Shown: one piece after another, positions 1 through 9,114 of the stretch
Layout: each line of letters starts with the position of its first letter
How positions within the stretch are numbered: the first letter of the stretch is position 1
Assembly (NCBI GenBank): GCA_000146045.2
Contig: BK006942.2
Coordinates: 256,001-320,000 of the forward strand
DNA: 64,000 bases
Direction of reading: 5' to 3'
Source: TPA_inf: Saccharomyces
Lineage: Eukaryota
Notes under the pieces: generated by a model
What the model was told of the DNA's origin: nothing
Seen by the model: only the letters and a program-made list of their open reading frames with translations
Database searches by the model: none
Made by a program: the position numbers and the translations under genes

Positions 1-225
1 CGAATAGAAAAATTTAAACCGATGTAATGCATCCTTTTCTTTGTCGTCTTCGGATGATCTGCCGTGACAGGTGGTTCGCGCAAATCAAGCTGGTTTAGAG
101 AATTTAACACAGAAATAAAAAAGGAAGATTCAATCTTCGTTTTTGTTTTATATCTTACTATAAAAGTGTTTTTTTTTAGTACGACGAGAAGTTAGAGTAA
201 TTATAAAAGGAATGCTTATTTAAAT

Positions 226-554
226 TTATTTCTTAGACTTCTTTTCAGACTTCTTAGCAGCCTCAGTTTGTTCCTTAACGACCTTCTTAACAATCTTTTG
301 TTCTTCAATCAAGAAAGCTCTGACGATTCTTTCCTTGACACAGTTGGCACATCTGGAACCACCGTAAGCTCTGGAAACAGTCTTGTGGGTCTTGGAGACA
401 GTAGCGTATTGTCTTGGTCTCAAAGTGGAAATACCTTGTAGAGCACTACCACAGTCACCACACTTTGGTCTAGTAGCCAACTTCTTAACGTGTTGGGCAC
501 GCAAGATACCACCTGGGGTCTTAACAACCTTGATTTTGTTAGAACGGGTGTTGT
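226..554 (-). CDS. RPL34B: 60S ribosomal protein L34, exon 2 of 2 (codons YNTRSNKIKVV... to stop)
   Basis: Translation ...NTRSNKIKVVKTPGGILRAQHVKKLATRPKCGDCGSALQGISTLRPRQYATVSKTHKTVSRAYGGSRCANCVKERIVRAFLIEEQKIVKK... is recognisable L34e. The ORF-track N-terminus (MITNINGKIFSLLRTD) is intron read-through. Exon 1 is found upstream. Neighbour MMF1 argues for the B paralog (YIL052C). Confidence 0.92.
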
Positions 555-1026
555 CTGTACGTAGTAAAGAGAAAATTTTCCCATTAATGTTAGTAATCAC
601 TTCTTTATTATCCTATGATTTAAGAACTTGAGTGGGATTGCTCCATATGAAAAGTATTTCGGCGTTGCTGAATGAATATTATCTCATTTCAATCTTTCAA
701 CAGCGGAGAAAAATTCATTTTCCATTTGGGTCGACCAAGGTCTTCCACTTAGAAACTGAAGTCAACTTATTGCTGTCCACATTACTGGATACTGTTCGTT
801 CATGCTGTCTAATGTTTTAATGTCATGCCAATATATTTGAAAGTTCTTGCATAGTTGATTCCCCTATCGATGATCTGGTTCTTCCTATTTCTAAGTGGTA
901 CGCTTCTCTAAATAGCACTCGTTCGCCTTTTAACCTCATTTTCCCACAATGAAAGTTCAAAATAAGTTCATAATAAGTTCATAATAAGTTTTCATGAAAA
1001 CTCAAAAAAATAGTTCAGTAACATAC
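555..1026 (-). other. RPL34B: Spliceosomal intron of RPL34B (472 nt)
   Basis: On the minus strand the 5' splice site GTATGT is the revcomp of acatac at 1021-1026. The TACTAAC branch point is the revcomp of gttagta at 589-595. The 3' splice site CAG is the revcomp of ctg at 555-557. The joined exons give a 121-aa protein in frame. Confidence 0.85.
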
Positions 1027-1063
1027 ATGGATTTCTTCTTCTGAAAGTAACACGTTGAGCCAT
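1027..1063 (-). CDS. RPL34B: RPL34B exon 1 (ATGGCTCAACGTGTTACTTTCAGAAGAAGAAATCCAT = MAQRVTFRRRNP plus the first base of Tyr)
   Basis: The revcomp of 1027-1063 reads ATG GCT CAA CGT GTT ACT TTC AGA AGA AGA AAT CCA T and is followed directly by GTATGT. Confidence 0.88.
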
Positions 1064-1504
1064 TTTTAGGGTTGTTCGTTGCTAATCTATTCTCAGTTTC
1101 AATCAAAGTAAATTGAATCAAAAGAATATAACAAGTGCCAAATACTATGTACTACCCGTTATTTACTACTTACAACTAATAAGTTCATCAACTTTTACGT
1201 AGAATGCTATTGAAACATTCCAAACTTACCCACCAGCTGCGATGAAACGGCTCCTGAGAGCCCGTTACCATACCGTCTGAACGGGTGCTGGGGCCACTGA
1301 CAGGAAGAGGAAGAGTTAGAATTGTTACTGGCTCCTCCCCCAGGCGTCAATTCCATCTCCTCCCAGAAGGACGGTCTCTCTGCCCAAAGGAATGAACTTT
1401 CATGGGAAGGGACAAATGAAGCGGACTATTGTCGGAAGCGGGACCTCCGAAAGCAAATGAAAGTAAAAATTCAAAAATTCAAAAAAAAAAAAGCTGAAAG
1501 GAAA

Positions 1505-1517
1505 ACACCCAAACAAC
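1505..1517 (+). promoter_or_regulatory. Rap1-like site (ACACCCAAACAAC) in the RPL34B upstream region
   Basis: Partial match to the Rap1 consensus ACACCCRYACAYM, about 450 bp upstream of the RPL34B ATG. Ribosomal protein promoters are typically Rap1-driven. The match has two mismatches. Confidence 0.3.
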
Positions 1518-1842
1518 ACACGGTATGTGACGACATCTGTACACCGCAAAGTTGTGACGAAAACACAGTCACAGTTTTTTAGAATTTATGATTAGAGTGT
1601 TCAAGAAAATAAGTTCCAACACGTAATAGGTTTCTACCCCTGTCTTGTAACATTGATACAAGTAGAGGGAAACTCCCCTCACATTTTCTACAACGGCAAG
1701 AAACTGATTCTGAAACTCCGTAAATTCGTTTCTTTTCTTAGTTAAAATCTTATATACGCTAAAGAATGCTACTAAAATGTTTATAAATGTACACTCCTCG
1801 GTATCGCAAGTGGAAAAAAGGCAGTAAAGAAGTTTCAATCCT

Positions 1843-2280
1843 TCAATTCTTTTCAACAGCGATAACTTCCATTTCTAAATCAACATTCAAAGGTAAGGAA
1901 GCAACACCAACACAGGATCTTGCAGGCTTATGGGTGTGGAAGTGTTTGGCGTATACAGAGTTGAATTCGGCAAAGTTTTTCATGTCAGCCAAGAATACGT
2001 TGACTTTGACTATATTGTCTAAAGAAGAATTACTTTCTGCTAAGATATTCTTAACGTTTTGAAAAACTTGTTCGGCCTTCTCAGAGATAGAACCTTGAAC
2101 AGGCTTGTTATCTGGAGTATAAGGGATTTGACCAGACACGTACACAAAATTGTTGGCCTTCATAGCTTGGGAGTAAGAGGCGGCAGCGGGTGGGGCCAAC
2201 TTGGTGCTGACCGGGGTCAATGTTGTTATACCCCTCCTCAAGACTGGAGCTGTTCTCAAAACGGAATTTCTTAAAAACAT
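1843..2280 (-). CDS. MMF1: Mitochondrial YjgF/RidA-family protein Mmf1 (145 aa)
   Basis: ATG confirmed (cat at 2278-2280). There is an N-terminal R/T-rich presequence followed by a RidA core (...VYVSGQIPY...VASLPLNVDLEMEVIAV). The 145-aa length fits YIL051C. It is adjacent to RPL34B as on chrIX. Confidence 0.92.
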   Translation of the reverse strand: MFLRNSVLRTAPVLRRGITTLTPVSTKLAPPAAASYSQAMKANNFVYVSGQIPYTPDNKPVQGSISEKAEQVFQNVKNILAESNSSLDNIVKVNVFLADMKNFAEFNSVYAKHFHTHKPARSCVGVASLPLNVDLEMEVIAVEKN

Positions 2281-2912
2281 TATTGGTAATATATTTGTGT
2301 GTATGTGTTGTCCTTTTTACCTGTAAATCTCACACAATTTACTAGCTAACCTAATTCTTATGCATGTGTAAGACCCATTTAGTCATATGTATTTATATAT
2401 ATCAGGGGATCCATACGGTGTGTTTTTCGCTGGATGAGCGACAGAGGCGGAATCGCATCTCCGCAAATGAGAGCGTACACAGGAGCAAAGTGAATAACGT
2501 CCTTCAATGATAGAGACTTATCCAATAAGCAGCACTGGTCTTCTAAGATCACCGCCTGTGCACTTTTCTACGGGCTCTTTTAATTGTATAACATGGACAG
2601 TGATCATTGCATTTTGCATCCATAGGCATACTATGGCTTAAGGTATTACTATCTATCGCGCCTAATCTCTGGGAGTTTTGAGGCCGGTTTCGGAATCTCG
2701 GTATCTTGCGATGGGTCCAAAACGGTGTAAACAAAGCAGGGGATAGCAGCGCAGGCTTCAACATCTCAAACCTTTATATATACAAAAAGTATATCTATAT
2801 ATTCATCTACGGTTCTTAAAATAGTACAACAAAAGTTAACAGACATTAATTACTGTAATCAGACTAAAGCAAACCGAGCTAGAACGAACGACTGCTTACA
2901 CTAGAGAAAAAT

Positions 2913-3770
2913 ATGGAGCTAAGTTCACCATCAAAAAAAACCACAACATCGCCAATAAATATACCAGGGGGGAATAGAGATAACCTAATAATCGGACCAC
3001 ATTCTCACAGCTTCAAGACCGATCCATTTTCAAGTAACAATAGTAGTTTGCTGTCCAAAATATCTACTAACCCCAGTTTGGAAAGCCCTTTCTCTTCGAA
3101 ATCTTTACTAGATTGTTCTCCTGTACAAGCTGTAAAGAAGTCTTTAGAGTCGGAAGCAAAAACGCATAGCCTGGACGAGGAGACAAATGAACAGACTGAT
3201 GTAAAGATCTTAAACATAGCAGACTTTCCCACAGATGAACTCATACTAATGATAAGTGCGCTACTCAACAGAATTATAACAGCAAACGATGAAACTACAG
3301 ATGTCTCACAACAAGTGTCGGATGAGACCGAAGACGAACTCTTAACTCCAATCCTTGCTTTCTATGGAAAGAATGTTCCAGAGATAGCTGTTGTTCAGTA
3401 CTTAGAGAGAATTCAAAAGTACTGTCCCACCACAAATGATATTTTTCTTTCTCTCCTTGTATATTTCGATAGAATCTCCAAAAATTATGGGCATTCTTCT
3501 GAGCGTAATGGTTGCGCAAAGCAATTATTCGTCATGGACTCCGGGAACATTCATAGATTGCTCATAACAGGTGTCACAATTTGCACGAAGTTCTTGAGTG
3601 ATTTTTTTTACAGTAACTCTCGATACGCCAAGGTTGGAGGTATTTCTTTGCAAGAGTTAAACCATTTAGAATTACAATTCCTGATACTATGTGATTTCAA
3701 GTTATTGGTTTCAGTCGAAGAAATGCAGAAATATGCAAACTTGTTATATAAATTCTGGAACGACCAGTAG
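2913..3770 (+). CDS. PCL7: Pho85 cyclin Pcl7 (285 aa)
   Basis: ATG at 2913. The 285-aa length matches. A cyclin box is present in the C-terminal half (...MISALLNRIITAND...IQKYCPTTNDIFLSLLVYFDRI...). Position matches YIL050W. Confidence 0.9.
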   Translation: MELSSPSKKTTTSPINIPGGNRDNLIIGPHSHSFKTDPFSSNNSSLLSKISTNPSLESPFSSKSLLDCSPVQAVKKSLESEAKTHSLDEETNEQTDVKILNIADFPTDELILMISALLNRIITANDETTDVSQQVSDETEDELLTPILAFYGKNVPEIAVVQYLERIQKYCPTTNDIFLSLLVYFDRISKNYGHSSERNGCAKQLFVMDSGNIHRLLITGVTICTKFLSDFFYSNSRYAKVGGISLQELNHLELQFLILCDFKLLVSVEEMQKYANLLYKFWNDQ

Positions 3771-4157
3771 AATGCTGTCCTGCATATTATTCATGCCCTT
3801 CCCTTACCGTTACTCGTATTATACATATCAATTTCTGATTTACGTAACGCGTACATATCGGTTATATTTAAATAATTTAATATTCCTTTTAAATCAGTGG
3901 TTTTTCATATTAGTAGCATTTCTCCTGAAATGATAGCTATTGCAATAGAATGAAAAAAAAAACTTTTTGCCCAAATAAATCATAATCTACCGGTAAAGAG
4001 AAATTCGGTCCTTGTTCTATTCAGTATTATGCTTTCTCTTTTTTTTCCAAAATGAGAATTAAGGACGTTTCGAAAAAGTAAAAATATACCAAATGTGGAA
4101 TATAAATAGGTTTATCGGCGGACCGATCTGGCTTAAAACGTAGAATCTACCAGTCCA

Positions 4158-4919
4158 ATGTACTTTGATGAAGAACAATTGCTAAAATATACTATATATG
4201 CCTATAGATTATCCTTTTTTGTAGGCATTTGCTCACTTTTCATAGCAAAAAGTTGTCTACCAGAATTTCTTCAATATGGTAAAACCTACCGGCCCAAAGA
4301 GAATTCAAAGTACTCAAGCATTTTAGAACGAATCAAGAAGTTCACAGTTCCAAAGGCGTATTTTTCCCATTTTTACTATTTGGCTACCTTTCTATCCTTA
4401 GTCACCTTATATTTCTATCCTAAATTCCCCATCGTTTGGATCATATTTGGACACTCATTGCGCCGACTTTATGAAACGCTTTATGTACTACATTATACAA
4501 GCAATTCTAGGATGAATTGGTCCCATTATCTAGTCGGTATATGGTTCTATTCCGTACTCTTGTTAATTCTTAATATATCACTGTACAAGAACTCCATTCC
4601 AAATACGTTAAACATGAATGCTTTCATCATATTCTGCATAGCATCTTGGGATCAGTACAAAAATCATGTTATTCTGGCCAATCTGGTTAAATATTCGCTG
4701 CCAACAGGAAGGCTTTTCAGGTTGGTATGCTGTCCTCATTATCTCGATGAAATAATCATTTATTCTACTCTGTTGCCCTATGAACAAGAATTTTACCTAA
4801 CACTAGTTTGGGTAATCACAAGTTTGACTATATCCGCATTGGAAACAAAAAATTATTACAGGCACAAATTTAAAGACAATCACGTAGCCCCCTACGCCAT
4901 AATACCTTTTATAATCTAG
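4158..4919 (+). CDS. DFG10: Polyprenol reductase Dfg10, steroid 5-alpha-reductase family (253 aa)
   Basis: ATG at 4158. A multi-TM protein with the 5-alpha-reductase C-terminal motif (...CCPHYLDEIIIY...). The 253-aa length fits YIL049W. Confidence 0.9.
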   Translation: MYFDEEQLLKYTIYAYRLSFFVGICSLFIAKSCLPEFLQYGKTYRPKENSKYSSILERIKKFTVPKAYFSHFYYLATFLSLVTLYFYPKFPIVWIIFGHSLRRLYETLYVLHYTSNSRMNWSHYLVGIWFYSVLLLILNISLYKNSIPNTLNMNAFIIFCIASWDQYKNHVILANLVKYSLPTGRLFRLVCCPHYLDEIIIYSTLLPYEQEFYLTLVWVITSLTISALETKNYYRHKFKDNHVAPYAIIPFII

Positions 4920-5436
4920 TAATGTGCACACTAGGGCATTCATATACATATATATATAGACGCGGTAAAGAACCACTTTACTTTCACTATTATCACTTTA
5001 CCACTAATTAGACAGCAAAGGCTCGTATACGTGTCATTAAAAACGAAGGTAAGGCCATACCTTTTTGAGGCAGTTGGAAAGAGTAAATACTGGCACAGTG
5101 GCTAAGACCTATCACTGCCAAACAAAAGGTTAGACATCTTGGGAATTTCGGACACATTCGTTACTTAAAACGAGGACCAAAATTACTCAATACCTATTTT
5201 TTATTTAATATTTTAGGCATTGTTTCACCTGAATTTGCTGCTATTAGAAGCCTGATCTACGCAATAAAAGATTTCATCTGGATTTTTGAAGCTTATACAG
5301 TACTCAACAATCAGCTTATTAACAGCAATATACCGTTAAGCAATTGAGAAAAAGTAACAATCAGAGCACTTGTGTGGCATAACGTTAATCTGAAAAAGAA
5401 AGGGGTATCAGTGTGCACGGAAAACTTCAGAGACAA

Positions 5437-8400
5437 ATGCCTAACCCTCCTTCATTTAAGTCACATAAGCAGAATTTATTCAACTCCAACAATAATCAAC
5501 ACGCAAACAGTGTAGATTCTTTTGACTTACATCTCGACGATTCATTTGACGCTGCTTTAGACAGTTTACAAATTAATAATAACCCAGAACCACTTAGTAA
5601 GCATAACACTGTTGGAGATAGGGAAAGTTTTGAAATGAGAACAGTAGATGATTTAGACAATTTTTCTAACCATTCTTCGGATTCGCATCGTAAGTCTTCA
5701 AACACAGATACCCATCCTTTGATGTATGATAATCGCCTCTCGCAGGATGATAATTTCAAATTTACTAATATTGCTTCGTCACCACCGTCGTCTTCAAACA
5801 ATATTTTTTCAAAAGCCCTCTCATATTTAAAAGTATCTAACACAAAAAACTGGTCCAAGTTTGGTTCACCCATAGAACTCAGTGATCAACACATCGAAAG
5901 AGAAATACATCCAGACACGACTCCTGTGTACGATAGGAATAGATACGTTTCGAATGAACTATCTAATGCCAAATATAATGCCGTTACTTTTGTGCCAACC
6001 CTATTATATGAACAGTTCAAATTCTTTTACAATTTATACTTTTTAGTAGTTGCATTATCGCAGGCCGTTCCTGCACTAAGAATAGGGTATTTATCATCGT
6101 ATATTGTACCTTTAGCATTTGTGCTGACAGTAACCATGGCAAAGGAAGCTATAGATGATATTCAGAGAAGGAGACGTGATAGAGAGTCAAACAATGAACT
6201 GTATCATGTAATAACGAGAAATCGTTCCATACCAAGCAAAGACTTAAAAGTTGGAGATCTCATAAAAGTCCATAAAGGTGATCGTATTCCCGCTGATTTG
6301 GTTCTTTTACAATCAAGTGAACCATCAGGCGAGTCATTTATCAAAACTGACCAACTAGATGGGGAGACTGACTGGAAACTACGTGTTGCCTGTCCCTTGA
6401 CCCAAAATCTATCTGAAAATGACTTAATTAACAGAATTAGTATAACAGCCTCTGCTCCTGAGAAATCTATTCATAAATTTTTAGGTAAAGTTACCTATAA
6501 GGATTCCACTTCAAACCCTTTGTCTGTAGATAATACTCTATGGGCGAATACTGTTCTAGCTTCCAGTGGATTTTGTATTGCTTGTGTCGTCTACACTGGC
6601 AGAGATACTAGGCAAGCTATGAATACAACTACAGCTAAGGTTAAAACTGGCTTATTAGAGCTAGAAATTAACAGTATTTCCAAGATTCTTTGTGCATGTG
6701 TTTTTGCCCTGTCAATTCTTTTAGTTGCATTTGCCGGTTTCCACAATGACGACTGGTACATTGACATTTTGAGGTATCTGATATTGTTTTCTACCATCAT
6801 CCCTGTCTCTTTAAGAGTTAATTTAGATTTAGCCAAAAGTGTTTATGCACATCAGATCGAACACGATAAAACCATTCCTGAAACAATTGTTAGAACGAGT
6901 ACAATTCCAGAGGATTTAGGCCGTATTGAATACCTTCTAAGCGACAAAACAGGGACGCTTACTCAGAATGATATGCAATTGAAGAAAATACACTTGGGTA
7001 CTGTATCATACACGTCGGAAACATTAGACATTGTATCCGACTATGTACAATCTCTGGTGAGCTCTAAAAATGACTCTTTGAACAATTCTAAAGTTGCCTT
7101 ATCAACAACAAGAAAGGATATGTCTTTTCGTGTACGTGATATGATTTTAACTCTAGCAATTTGCCATAACGTTACTCCCACTTTTGAGGATGACGAACTT
7201 ACATATCAAGCGGCATCACCTGATGAAATTGCTATTGTTAAATTTACCGAGTCGGTTGGCTTATCTCTTTTCAAAAGAGATCGCCATTCAATTTCTTTAT
7301 TACACGAACATTCTGGTAAGACTTTAAATTACGAAATTTTACAAGTATTCCCATTTAATTCTGATTCTAAGCGTATGGGTATCATTGTTCGTGATGAGCA
7401 ATTGGATGAATATTGGTTTATGCAAAAAGGGGCCGATACTGTCATGTCAAAAATTGTGGAAAGCAATGATTGGCTAGAGGAAGAAACAGGTAATATGGCT
7501 CGTGAAGGTCTACGTACTTTGGTTATCGGTCGTAAAAAATTAAACAAGAAAATTTACGAGCAATTTCAAAAAGAATACAACGATGCCTCTTTGTCAATGC
7601 TAAATCGTGATCAACAGATGAGTCAAGTTATCACCAAGTATTTAGAGCATGATCTTGAATTATTGGGTCTAACTGGTGTAGAAGATAAGTTACAGAAGGA
7701 TGTGAAGTCCTCTATCGAGTTATTAAGAAACGCAGGTATCAAGATTTGGATGCTGACAGGTGATAAAGTTGAAACTGCTCGTTGTGTTTCCATAAGTGCA
7801 AAATTAATATCTCGTGGCCAATATGTTCATACGATAACAAAAGTCACAAGACCGGAAGGTGCATTCAATCAGCTGGAGTATCTAAAAATCAATAGAAATG
7901 CTTGTCTTTTAATAGATGGTGAATCCCTGGGAATGTTTTTGAAACATTACGAACAGGAATTTTTTGATGTCGTGGTTCATTTACCCACTGTTATTGCTTG
8001 CCGTTGTACACCTCAACAGAAGGCAGACGTTGCTTTGGTAATTCGTAAAATGACGGGCAAAAGGGTATGCTGTATTGGTGATGGAGGTAACGATGTTAGT
8101 ATGATTCAATGTGCAGATGTTGGCGTAGGGATTGTGGGTAAAGAAGGTAAACAAGCTTCTTTAGCTGCTGATTTTTCTATAACGCAATTTTGTCACCTCA
8201 CCGAATTACTATTATGGCATGGTAGGAACTCTTACAAAAGATCTGCTAAATTGGCTCAATTTGTCATGCATAGAGGTTTAATCATTGCAATTTGCCAAGC
8301 GGTATATTCCATCTGTTCGTTGTTCGAACCTATTGCTCTTTATCAAGGTTGGTTAATGGTCGGTTATGCTACCTGCTATACAATGGCTCCAGTCTTTTCA

Positions 8401-8892
8401 TTAACTCTTGATCACGATATCGAAGAGTCATTGACTAAAATATACCCAGAATTGTACAAAGAATTGACTGAAGGTAAGAGCTTATCATATAAGACGTTCT
8501 TTGTTTGGGTTCTATTATCGCTATTCCAAGGTTCTGTAATTCAATTATTTTCTCAGGCCTTTACGAGTTTATTAGATACTGATTTCACAAGGATGGTTGC
8601 TATCAGCTTCACTGCTTTGGTTGTAAATGAATTAATAATGGTTGCCTTAGAAATCTACACATGGAATAAAACAATGCTCGTCACTGAAATTGCTACTTTA
8701 CTATTTTACATTGTATCGGTTCCATTTCTTGGCGATTATTTTGATTTAGGTTATATGACTACCGTAAATTACTATGCTGGACTTTTAGTTATATTACTCA
8801 TCTCGATCTTTCCTGTCTGGACGGCAAAGGCAATTTATAGAAGGCTACATCCTCCAAGTTATGCAAAAGTGCAAGAGTTTGCCACTCCATAA
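5437..8892 (+). CDS. NEO1: P4-type ATPase (phospholipid flippase) Neo1, 1151 aa
   Basis: P-type ATPase motifs are present: DKTGTLT, TGDK, GDGGND. The track ORF starts at a GTG (5413). The first ATG at 5437 gives the known 1151-aa protein MPNPPSFKSHKQN... Confidence 0.93.
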   Translation: MPNPPSFKSHKQNLFNSNNNQHANSVDSFDLHLDDSFDAALDSLQINNNPEPLSKHNTVGDRESFEMRTVDDLDNFSNHSSDSHRKSSNTDTHPLMYDNRLSQDDNFKFTNIASSPPSSSNNIFSKALSYLKVSNTKNWSKFGSPIELSDQHIEREIHPDTTPVYDRNRYVSNELSNAKYNAVTFVPTLLYEQFKFFYNLYFLVVALSQAVPALRIGYLSSYIVPLAFVLTVTMAKEAIDDIQRRRRDRESNNELYHVITRNRSIPSKDLKVGDLIKVHKGDRIPADLVLLQSSEPSGESFIKTDQLDGETDWKLRVACPLTQNLSENDLINRISITASAPEKSIHKFLGKVTYKDSTSNPLSVDNTLWANTVLASSGFCIACVVYTGRDTRQAMNTTTAKVKTGLLELEINSISKILCACVFALSILLVAFAGFHNDDWYIDILRYLILFSTIIPVSLRVNLDLAKSVYAHQIEHDKTIPETIVRTSTIPEDLGRIEYLLSDKTGTLTQNDMQLKKIHLGTVSYTSETLDIVSDYVQSLVSSKNDSLNNSKVALSTTRKDMSFRVRDMILTLAICHNVTPTFEDDELTYQAASPDEIAIVKFTESVGLSLFKRDRHSISLLHEHSGKTLNYEILQVFPFNSDSKRMGIIVRDEQLDEYWFMQKGADTVMSKIVESNDWLEEETGNMAREGLRTLVIGRKKLNKKIYEQFQKEYNDASLSMLNRDQQMSQVITKYLEHDLELLGLTGVEDKLQKDVKSSIELLRNAGIKIWMLTGDKVETARCVSISAKLISRGQYVHTITKVTRPEGAFNQLEYLKINRNACLLIDGESLGMFLKHYEQEFFDVVVHLPTVIACRCTPQQKADVALVIRKMTGKRVCCIGDGGNDVSMIQCADVGVGIVGKEGKQASLAADFSITQFCHLTELLLWHGRNSYKRSAKLAQFVMHRGLIIAICQAVYSICSLFEPIALYQGWLMVGYATCYTMAPVFSLTLDHDIEESLTKIYPELYKELTEGKSLSYKTFFVWVLLSLFQGSVIQLFSQAFTSLLDTDFTRMVAISFTALVVNELIMVALEIYTWNKTMLVTEIATLLFYIVSVPFLGDYFDLGYMTTVNYYAGLLVILLISIFPVWTAKAIYRRLHPPSYAKVQEFATP

Positions 8893-9114
8893 TTCAATTG
8901 GTTTGGATTTTTCTTGTTGCTTCAACGGATTATCTTAAAAAAATCTATCATATTTCAAAATATAAATTCTTATTTTTACAAAGAAGATATAGATTATGCA
9001 TAATATTATTTTGTTACATTTTTTTTCTTTTACTTTTTATTTTCTTTTCTTTGTACTTCCTCAAATAAGCATCTTTAGCAGGTTAACAATAGCAAATATC
9101 ATGTCCAGCCCAAA

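Noticed and set aside
1322-1582. 86-codon ORF in the RPL34B upstream region, and the 1569-1856 / 1787-2062 ORFs overlapping MMF1
   Set aside because: They sit in the promoter region or are antisense to MMF1. They have no domain and a low-complexity K-rich translation. This is typical spurious intergenic ORF behaviour.
5413-5436. N-terminal extensions in the ORF track that begin at GTG/TTG/CTG codons translated as Met (NEO1 5413, AGE2 17966, CBR1 19208, PKP1 20319, APQ12 21708, CKA1 32920, DOA10 44018, YIL024C 53207, TIM44 55150)
   Set aside because: The track appears to use a bacterial start-codon set. Checking the nucleotides shows non-ATG codons at these positions. Nuclear yeast genes initiate at ATG, and the first in-frame ATG reproduces the known protein lengths exactly.
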